NCBI GenBank assembly: GCA_018238545.1
Contig: JABCTC010000049.1
Span: 1-25,774, forward strand
DNA length: 25,774 nucleotides
Reading direction: 5' to 3'
DNA from: Candidatus Heimdallarchaeota archaeon
GTDB taxonomy: Archaea > Asgardarchaeota > Heimdallarchaeia > Heimdallarchaeales > Heimdallarchaeaceae
In this document: positions 18,975-25,774 of the stretch, in pieces
Layout: every line of letters begins with the position of its first letter
Position numbering within the stretch: position 1 is the first letter of the stretch
Program-made: the position numbers and the translations under genes
The notes under the pieces: generated by a model
Databases searched by the model: none
What the model was told of the DNA's origin: nothing
Seen by the model: only the letters and a program-made list of their open reading frames with translations

Positions 18975-20258
18975 TTGATAAGAATGGTTGATATCAAACC
19001 CTTTCGAGCAATAAGGTATACAGAAAAGGCAAGCGATATAGAAAAACTGATTGTCCAACCTTATGATAAAATAGATGAAGAAATGCAAAAATCATATTAT
19101 GCTCAATCAGAGTATAATTACAGCAGATTAACACTTCCAAGTGAAGAGAACCGTTACGAAATATCCCGTCAAAGATTAGAAAAATGGTTAGCAGAAGGGA
19201 TACTAGCAAAAGATGAAGTTCCAGGAATTTATGTTTACTATCAAACGTATGAACTTTTTGGGAAAGAATATATAAGAAAGGGTTTCATAGGAGCCTTAAA
19301 ATTACATCCTTTTGATGATAATATTGTTCTACCTCATGAAAAAACTCACAAAGGACCTAAGATTGATCGTCTGAATATGCTTAGAACAACTAGACACACT
19401 CTTGAAACAGGATTTATTCTATATTCCGATCCAGATAAAAAAACCACTAATCTTTTCGATGAAATTTCTCAAGGCGAACCTTTAATTGATGCTAAAGATG
19501 ATCTTGGTGTTCAAAATAAAATATGGAAAATAACCGATTCAGCACACATAAGAATAGTCCAAGATGTTTTCAAAGAACAGCAATTAGTAATAGCCGATGG
19601 GCACCATAGGTATGAAACAGCTATCACCTATCGTGATATGCGTAGGAAAGATGCTAGTGCTTTAAGAGATTATGATGCTTTTGAATACCGTATGACTTAT
19701 CTTGTTCCTGTAGAAGATGAAGGTTTAATAATTTTGGCGACTCATCGCTGTCTAGCTAAAGAAGCTGTCTCAGAAGAAAAAATGAATGAACTTAAACTGT
19801 TCTTCAATATGAATGAGATAATGAGAACTGAAATTCCTGGATTCTTAGAAGAAAATAGGGATAAACACGCTTTTGTTATGTATCAGGATAGAAGAGCTAT
19901 CTCCATGATTATGAAGGATCCTTCAGCAATTAACAGATATGTTAGCGATGCCAGTGATGACTTCAAGACTCTAGATGTTGTAATCTTGCGAGATATGATT
20001 TTCCATGGTATTATGGAACTTAAAGATCTCCACATAGATGATGATATCTTCTATGAAAGATGGTGGAATGAAGCCATTGAAGAGGTAGATGCTGGAAAAT
20101 ACAAGGTAGCATTTATTCTAAATCCTACTAGTGCAGATGAAGTTCTAAAAGTTGCCAAGAATCATGAAAGAATGCCTCAGAAAGCAACTGATTTTTATCC
20201 AAAGATGATCAGTGGCTTCACAATGCTAAGTTTAGAAGATGGAGAAAAACTTCTCTAA
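18975..20258 (+). CDS. DUF1015 family protein (ParB/Srx-like IADGHHR motif)
   Basis: IKPFRAIRY, PYD, LPHEKT, IADGHHRYETA, THR, MPQKATDFYPK. Likely start is ATG 18984. Confidence 0.9.
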   Translation: MIRMVDIKPFRAIRYTEKASDIEKLIVQPYDKIDEEMQKSYYAQSEYNYSRLTLPSEENRYEISRQRLEKWLAEGILAKDEVPGIYVYYQTYELFGKEYIRKGFIGALKLHPFDDNIVLPHEKTHKGPKIDRLNMLRTTRHTLETGFILYSDPDKKTTNLFDEISQGEPLIDAKDDLGVQNKIWKITDSAHIRIVQDVFKEQQLVIADGHHRYETAITYRDMRRKDASALRDYDAFEYRMTYLVPVEDEGLIILATHRCLAKEAVSEEKMNELKLFFNMNEIMRTEIPGFLEENRDKHAFVMYQDRRAISMIMKDPSAINRYVSDASDDFKTLDVVILRDMIFHGIMELKDLHIDDDIFYERWWNEAIEEVDAGKYKVAFILNPTSADEVLKVAKNHERMPQKATDFYPKMISGFTMLSLEDGEKLL

Positions 20259-20306
20259 TCTTTCATTTCTATTTTTACAACAAATTACTAAAACAATAGA
20301 TAGTTT

Positions 20307-20669
20307 CTAGAAATTTCCTCCACAATTTGTGCAAAACTTTGTTCCAATCGCATTCTTCCCTCCACAGTGTTTACATATAATCTCCCCACTTTCTGTAGAA
20401 GGTGATTGTTCAATTATTGGTTGTTGATATGTATTTAGCACATTATCTTCTGGTAAAGATGTGAATACTTGGGGCTCAGCAAAGGATTGATTTTTCTCTT
20501 TTCTTGATTGTATTATCATAGAAATGAAGATGATAAGACCGATTCCACCTACAACAAGAAGTGCAAACCCATACTCAGGATCGATAAATAGCATAATTAT
20601 ACCAATAACAATTAATCCTGGAGCCGCATAAATAATCCTTCTAACGAAAATTGATTTGCCTTTTAACAT
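20307..20669 (-). CDS. Membrane protein with C-terminal zinc ribbon
   Basis: Two TMs, Q/P/S-rich linker, CKHCG...FCTNCG. Confidence 0.8.
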   Translation of the reverse strand: MLKGKSIFVRRIIYAAPGLIVIGIIMLFIDPEYGFALLVVGGIGLIIFISMIIQSRKEKNQSFAEPQVFTSLPEDNVLNTYQQPIIEQSPSTESGEIICKHCGGKNAIGTKFCTNCGGNF

Positions 20670-20719
20670 ACCTATTTTTGGAAATATTTCTTTTTAAGTT
20701 TTATGTAAAAAGGATGCGC

Positions 20720-20962
20720 TCATCTTCCAAATTCAGCCTCTATAAACCCAATTAGTTCTCCTATAGTATTAAATTCTTTGAGAATGTTTTTTGGTAATTC
20801 AATACTGAATTCATCTTCAATTTTTCTTCTTAGAATCTTCAATCCATTCTTATCTAATCCTAAATCTTTTTCAAAATAAGTGTTGATTGTAAGATCTTTC
20901 TTTTTAATATCTGTCATTCCTGAAATAATTTTTGTAAACCTTCTGTATATACTTGAATACAT
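20720..20962 (-). CDS. Acyl-carrier-protein-fold protein lacking the phosphopantetheinylated Ser
   Basis: Gapless by-eye alignment to ACP (KII...F.KDLGLD...IEDEFSIELP.....FNTIGELI.FI), but D-S-L is D-K-N. Confidence 0.75.
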   Translation of the reverse strand: MYSSIYRRFTKIISGMTDIKKKDLTINTYFEKDLGLDKNGLKILRRKIEDEFSIELPKNILKEFNTIGELIGFIEAEFGR

Positions 20963-20973
20963 TGTTTGTCACT

Positions 20974-21906
20974 TCACATAATTTTGTCAGCAAAAAGCTT
21001 CATTGGATCTTCAATACTCTCAGATTTCCTAATAGCAATAACCATCTTTTGTATGCCTATTTCTTCAACTTTTGTTATCTGATTCTTTAAATCTTCTGTA
21101 AAACCTATGAATGAATTTCGGAGGATGTCTTCTTTTAATGGTTTTTTATCTTCAGGAGCTGCCTTGATTATTCTTTCAACAATTGCATCAAGCTCCTCTT
21201 GAGAATCTACAACATTGATTGTATTGAAGTAAGATATTTCGAAGTTTTCTACATCTCTTTGATATTTTTCTAAGTTTATTTTAATTCTGTTAATTGCATC
21301 TGGTAGATCATCTATTTTTGTATAAGGTAAATTAATCCCATCTGCTTCTCTACAAGCAATATCCATCATCCTCTTGCCATCTGTACCGAGAATTATTTGG
21401 GGATAAGGTTTCTGAATAGGCTTGGGATAATTTCTATTATTCTCAAGCTTCCAGAACTTACCATCATAATCTGTAGAATCTTCCGTAAAGAGCTTCTTGT
21501 AAATTGTAAGAGATTCTTCTAATTCGTCTACTCTTCTCTTTGGTTCTGGAAATGGATAACCATATGCTTTGTACTCTTCCTCATACCATCCTGCACCTAG
21601 CCACAATAGTGCTCTACCTTTAGAAATATTATCGAGCGTGCTAATCATTTTCGCTAGATAAGCTGGGTTTCGGAATGAATTACAAAGTACTATATGACCT
21701 AGCTTTATTTTCTCAGTTTCGATTGCTAATGCACTCATAAGCATTAAGGCTTCGAGATACGGTTCCTTTTTTTCTTGTTTCTCATCAAACCCTATAAAAT
21801 GGTCATTTACATGAGCAGACTCAAAACCTAGTTTTTCTGCTTTAATAGTTAAGTCTCTTATATCATCGTAATTATGAACTGATCTTACGTAATATCCGTA
21901 TCTCAT
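20974..21906 (-). CDS. LLM-class (luciferase-like) oxidoreductase, probably F420-dependent
   Basis: AEKLGFES..V.DHF, FRNPAYLAKMISTLD.IS.GR, LGAGWYEEEY.AYGYPFP, PKPIQKPYP. Confidence 0.9.
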   Translation of the reverse strand: MRYGYYVRSVHNYDDIRDLTIKAEKLGFESAHVNDHFIGFDEKQEKKEPYLEALMLMSALAIETEKIKLGHIVLCNSFRNPAYLAKMISTLDNISKGRALLWLGAGWYEEEYKAYGYPFPEPKRRVDELEESLTIYKKLFTEDSTDYDGKFWKLENNRNYPKPIQKPYPQIILGTDGKRMMDIACREADGINLPYTKIDDLPDAINRIKINLEKYQRDVENFEISYFNTINVVDSQEELDAIVERIIKAAPEDKKPLKEDILRNSFIGFTEDLKNQITKVEEIGIQKMVIAIRKSESIEDPMKLFADKIM

Positions 21907-22095
21907 AATTTGCTAACTAAATCAGTATATTTAACGATTTATATCTAAAAGAAATCAGCAGAATCTGTTCAATCACAATATTATTAAGTTAAAATTCTTC
22001 TATAAGCATGTATCTGTCAAATCTAGACTGAATTTCACCTTGGTTGAGGTTAGACAACTACTAGGCTTGATGATACAAGAACTACAGAAGTTGAA

Positions 22096-22539
22096 GTGAC
22101 AAAATTGAGTGAAGAAAATAAATATATCAAAGTAAGTGAACTCTCTCCAAATATCAGAGATATCAATCTTTTAGCTAAGATTATAGCTCTAGGTGAAACA
22201 AGAGAAGTTACAAATAGAAATACTGGAGAAGAACACAAAGTTATGGATGTTCTCGTTGCAGATGAAACTGCAAAGGTTCTCTATTCAGCATGGAACGAGC
22301 AAATCGATACCATTAAAGAAGGAGAGACTTACCAATTCTTAAACGCAAAAACTATTCTATTCCGTGGTTACATTAGATTATCTTTAGGCAGAAATGGAAC
22401 AATTGAAGAATCTGAAGAAAAGATAGAAGAAACTAATGATGAAGTAGACATGTCAGAAAAAGAACATGAATATGAAAGAAGAGGATATAGGGGCGGCGGT
22501 GGCGGTTCTTATAACAGAAGACCTAGATACGACAGATAA
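22096..22539 (+). CDS. ssb: Single-stranded DNA-binding protein (single OB fold, archaeal SSB/RPA type)
   Basis: KVSEL.P, VADETA, SAWNE; acidic linker followed by an R/G/Y-rich tail. Confidence 0.85.
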   Translation: MTKLSEENKYIKVSELSPNIRDINLLAKIIALGETREVTNRNTGEEHKVMDVLVADETAKVLYSAWNEQIDTIKEGETYQFLNAKTILFRGYIRLSLGRNGTIEESEEKIEETNDEVDMSEKEHEYERRGYRGGGGGSYNRRPRYDR

Positions 22540-22650
22540 AACAATTAGTGAAAGGTTTTTTAGAAAATCTTCCTAACATTTTTTTATTTCTGTGATTTCT
22601 ATTACTCACTAGATTTCTCTTTGCTCAGTATAACAATATTTGAAATATAA

Positions 22651-23535
22651 TCATATGAGTTTAGCAATAAATTGTTTAAGTTCAGTAGCGAAATTTTCAT
22701 GACTTTCCTGAGTTATGCTTTGAATAGATTCCCATTCATCTATTTTATTTGAAATGAAATTTTCAATTTGATTTCTCTCTTCAAAGAGAAACACATAATC
22801 TCTTGGGAAGAAAAGAAGTATCATACAAGGTTGCATTCCTTCAAACCTTGGATCTATCTCATCTTCATCTTTGATTTTACAGATGAAAACTTCTAACAGA
22901 TAGTTAACTTTATCCAAAACTGGAAATGGACCAAAGAAACCTTTTTGGTGTTCATATCCTTGAATGATACCGCTAAAAATGTAAACAGTAAGTTTTGTTA
23001 TTATTTCATCCAGATTTTCAGATTCCTCAAAATCAAGCGGATCAGTTGTTATTATTTCGCCACCAAGATCTCCAAATTTTACTATTGAAACTTGAATTCC
23101 GTTAATAATTTCATCTGAAGATTTTGACGCTAAGACCCTTGATTTATCTTGAAGAGTTACATTCTTTATTATTTCTATGAATTTTTCTAGTTTTCCTTCA
23201 CTATCTGTAATTGGAACGAATTCTATTTCTAGATATAGGTCGTTTCCCTTATCATCTAGTGTCTTCCTGAAAACTTTGTGACCCTTGTTATCTTGCATAC
23301 CAATCGATGCTGGACAATCAGGACATGGTTTTTCTCCTCTATCAGGAAGATAATGCCATCTAGAGTAACATTGACGATGAAGATAAGATCCTATTAAGTC
23401 TTTTACAGTTTCGTTTTCATATAGTATCTCTCGAGTAGGAGTTTGAACTGATATGCCAACTGGGAGCTCATCTAGAACCCATTGAAAGTTTTCTTCGTCC
23501 ATGTCTTTGTTAGAACTATCGGTCATTTTTCTCAA
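22651..23535 (-). CDS. PAS-domain protein (CY...CxxCP type) fused to a putative longin/uDENN-like domain
   Basis: VLDELPVGISV...ILYEN, CYS...PCPDCP, PI.DSEG (PAS/PAC). The C-terminal half has KFGDLGG, GFFGPFPV and DPRF. Confidence 0.7.
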   Translation of the reverse strand: MRKMTDSSNKDMDEENFQWVLDELPVGISVQTPTREILYENETVKDLIGSYLHRQCYSRWHYLPDRGEKPCPDCPASIGMQDNKGHKVFRKTLDDKGNDLYLEIEFVPITDSEGKLEKFIEIIKNVTLQDKSRVLASKSSDEIINGIQVSIVKFGDLGGEIITTDPLDFEESENLDEIITKLTVYIFSGIIQGYEHQKGFFGPFPVLDKVNYLLEVFICKIKDEDEIDPRFEGMQPCMILLFFPRDYVFLFEERNQIENFISNKIDEWESIQSITQESHENFATELKQFIAKLI

Positions 23536-23649
23536 CTTTTTTTCAGTAAATGAGGTTATAAGAATTGAGGTAAAACAAATTAGCTTGTTTAAAAATTCGT
23601 AAAAAGCAACAACATTTAAACAAATACTTACTAGTGTATATTGATTTCA

Positions 23650-24168
23650 ATGAGCTACGAAAACGAAATTATAGAACAAAGAAAGCTAAAGGATGATTTT
23701 GTTAAGACATCCCACCAGTCACCACTTACAGAAGAACAACAACTGACATTTAGAGCGTTAAACTATTTTCCCGTTTCAGATAATTACAAATTTAATGTTG
23801 TTTTAAAAGAATTTACACAACAAACCCCAATAAAAATGATGATTTCAAAGGGAGATGTACAAGACTACATTAAATATTCCTATTTAGAATTCAAGGTAGA
23901 TTCAGTGGATTGTATGTTAACAGTTTACATGGATGATCAGACAGACTATCTTTTTGTTCCATTTAAGGATAAGACTACAGGTGAGGATACCTACAGTGCT
24001 GGTAGATATATAGAATTGGAAAAGATAGGAGAGAAAGAATATCTGTTAGATTTTAACTTAGCCTACAATCCATATTGTGCATATAATGATATGTGGGTGT
24101 GCCCTCTAACTCCATTTGAAAATACACTCAAAGTTGAGATTTGTGCTGGAGAAAAGAATTTCAAGTAG
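23650..24168 (+). CDS. DUF1684 family protein
   Basis: FVPFKDKTTG..TY.AGRY, LDFNLAYNPYCAY...WVCPL.P.EN, AGEK. Confidence 0.9.
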   Translation: MSYENEIIEQRKLKDDFVKTSHQSPLTEEQQLTFRALNYFPVSDNYKFNVVLKEFTQQTPIKMMISKGDVQDYIKYSYLEFKVDSVDCMLTVYMDDQTDYLFVPFKDKTTGEDTYSAGRYIELEKIGEKEYLLDFNLAYNPYCAYNDMWVCPLTPFENTLKVEICAGEKNFK

Positions 24169-24183
24169 AAGAGAATCAAAGAA

Positions 24184-24714
24184 TTATATTTTCAAATTTC
24201 CATCTTCATCATAGAATTTGTTTTTTCTACTGTTGGCAGTCATAAAACGCCACATAACACCAGAACTACTTAGAAACCGTATTTCTTTTCCAAAACCTTT
24301 AGTTTTTCTTATCTTTGGAACAAGTTTCGCTGCTACAACTTCTGGAAGTTCAGCTAAAATATTGAATATCTTGCTAGCTTCAAGATTAGCATTTTTCTTT
24401 AATAAATCTGTCATGACCATCCCTGGAGAGATTGTGCGAACACCTATCTTCTTATTAGTAATTTCAGTTTTAAGAGTTTTAACTAACTGTGGCATGGAGC
24501 TTTTTGTTGCCCCATAGGTAGCAAGCTTATGAGATGCTTTTCCATTACTTCCATATCCTGACAGGTTGAATATTTGCCCATATCCTTGTTTTTCCATGAA
24601 AATAAGAACTTTTTTAGAAGCGTAAAGAGTTCCTAATAAATTTGTTTCCACAATTTGCTTTATCGTATCATCAGGAATGTTAACTAATTTATCATACATG
24701 TAACCATTGGTACC
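24184..24714 (-). CDS. SDR oxidoreductase, 5'-truncated
   Basis: TNLLG, YGATK (YxxxK), ISPGMV.T. The Rossmann N-terminus is missing; ORF-track residues upstream of 24714 are just antisense nikR. Confidence 0.8.
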   Translation of the reverse strand, partial: GTNGYMYDKLVNIPDDTIKQIVETNLLGTLYASKKVLIFMEKQGYGQIFNLSGYGSNGKASHKLATYGATKSSMPQLVKTLKTEITNKKIGVRTISPGMVMTDLLKKNANLEASKIFNILAELPEVVAAKLVPKIRKTKGFGKEIRFLSSSGVMWRFMTANSRKNKFYDEDGNLKI

Positions 24715-24715
24715 G

Positions 24716-25174
24716 TATGATAAGTTTGAAGCATTCAGAAAAGAATTAAATATCTCAAGATCTGATGCTATTAGGAAAGCCATGCATGGTTTAATGATAA
24801 GTGAAGAAAACCTTCCCCTTACGTCTGGAAATGTTGTTGGCTGCATTACAATGATAATAATTCACGAACATTTTAACCAATTACATCAACATCCCCACGA
24901 TCACGACCTAGACCACGATCACGACCATGATTACAGCTCAAGACCGGTATATACTAATGTTCAACAAACGGATATAATTCTGAATAATGATATTCAGCAT
25001 CATTTCGTAGATATTATCATATCAACAATGCACATTCATTTAGAATTCGAAAAATGTCTAGAAATCATTGCAGTATCGGGGCAATATGAAAGAGTAAAAA
25101 AATTAAAGAACGCCCTTCAAAGGTTAAAAAGTGTTACCTCAATTGGTTTTTTTATTATCGATAAAGGCAATTAA
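24716..25174 (+). CDS. nikR: NikR-family nickel-responsive regulator with His-rich insertion, 5'-truncated
   Basis: RHH helices (SRSDAIRKAM) and Ni-site pattern IQHHF...STMHIHL...CLEIIAV.G; the N-terminal beta-ribbon is missing. Confidence 0.8.
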   Translation, partial: YDKFEAFRKELNISRSDAIRKAMHGLMISEENLPLTSGNVVGCITMIIIHEHFNQLHQHPHDHDLDHDHDHDYSSRPVYTNVQQTDIILNNDIQHHFVDIIISTMHIHLEFEKCLEIIAVSGQYERVKKLKNALQRLKSVTSIGFFIIDKGN

Positions 25175-25774
25175 ATTATTTTTAGTGTAAGTGTTGCTGT
25201 ATCTATTTCAACTTCAGCACCGATTGGAACAGTTAATCTTGGAGTAACATGTCCGATCGGAAGTCCATACAATACTGGAATATTTAAAGGCTCTAAAAAC
25301 TCTTTAAATAATTCATAGTAATCGTAATCTCTTTTAACAACTTTCTTATAAGTCATTCCTCCAATTACAACTCCTTTTAACTCTGATAAAATTCCACTTA
25401 ATCTAAGTTTTTGAAGCATTCTATCTACTCGGTATATTGGTTCATTTATATCTTCTAACAATAATACCTTATCCTTAAAATCAATTTGATAAGGAGTTCC
25501 AATCATTACATCCATTAAACTAAGATTACCGCCTACTAATATACCTTTGGCTATCCCATTACCAATGCTTTTAATGTTATATTTATTATCTTCATTGATT
25601 ACATAATTTCTTGATTGATTTACTAAAATATCATTAAAAGAATCAATTGATTTTTGATTAAATGAATCAGTAAAATCAATTGCCATCATTGGACCGTGAT
25701 ACGTGATTAAATCACACTTATCATATATTGTATTCAATAATAATGTTACATCGCTGAACCCTACAAAGATTTTC
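25171..25774 (-). CDS. LD-carboxypeptidase / peptidase S66 (MccF-like), runs off window end
   Basis: The frame extends to the edge as KIFVGFSDVT..., then YHGPM, GGNLS, LEDINE, DRML, IGH and PIGA. Confidence 0.9.
   Translation of the reverse strand, partial: KIFVGFSDVTLLLNTIYDKCDLITYHGPMMAIDFTDSFNQKSIDSFNDILVNQSRNYVINEDNKYNIKSIGNGIAKGILVGGNLSLMDVMIGTPYQIDFKDKVLLLEDINEPIYRVDRMLQKLRLSGILSELKGVVIGGMTYKKVVKRDYDYYELFKEFLEPLNIPVLYGLPIGHVTPRLTVPIGAEVEIDTATLTLKII

Noticed and set aside
360-24517. Remaining short ORFs overlapping called genes (e.g. 360..674, 4197..4487, 8113..8364, 10987..11400, 14958..15605, 24218..24517)
   Set aside because: They are antisense to well-supported CDSs and carry no motifs.
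24715-24846. N-terminus of the 220-aa SDR ORF in the track
   Set aside because: Antisense of nikR beyond the junction; lacks the Rossmann motif.
1-25774. CRISPR array, tRNA/rRNA, integrase or transposase
   Set aside because: No regularly spaced repeats, cloverleafs or recombinase motifs were seen by eye.

Overview
AT-rich prokaryotic DNA that most likely comes from an Asgard archaeon (Heimdallarchaeia-like). This is inferred from a eukaryote-type actin homolog, a longin/uDENN-like domain, a single-OB-fold archaeal SSB, GGTGA-type ribosome-binding sites and TTTA[AT]A promoters. The window holds about 30 housekeeping and accessory CDSs, including SDRs, sHSP, HD protein, DegV, a histidine kinase, DAG-kinase-family paralogs, USP plus an ArsB/NhaD permease, a class V aminotransferase, serA, panE, DUF1015, an F420 LLM oxidoreductase, SSB, DUF1684, NikR and an S66 peptidase. 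No rRNA, tRNA, CRISPR array or transposase was recognised. At least three abrupt junctions (~220, ~8113, ~24715) cut genes at their 5' ends, so the window is probably joined contigs or a chimera, and gene context across these junctions is unreliable. The most interesting items are: (1) an actin-related protein fused to an N-terminal Zn-ribbon, with the catalytic residues replaced; (2) an acyl-carrier-protein fold with Lys in place of the phosphopantetheine Ser, directly downstream of an F420-dependent LLM enzyme; (3) an unassigned ~150-nt GC-rich structured RNA candidate with its own promoter between serA and panE; (4) a Cys-motif PAS sensor fused to a longin/DENN-like domain; (5) an in-frame TGA in the permease gene. 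All family calls are from motif recognition by eye, not database searches.
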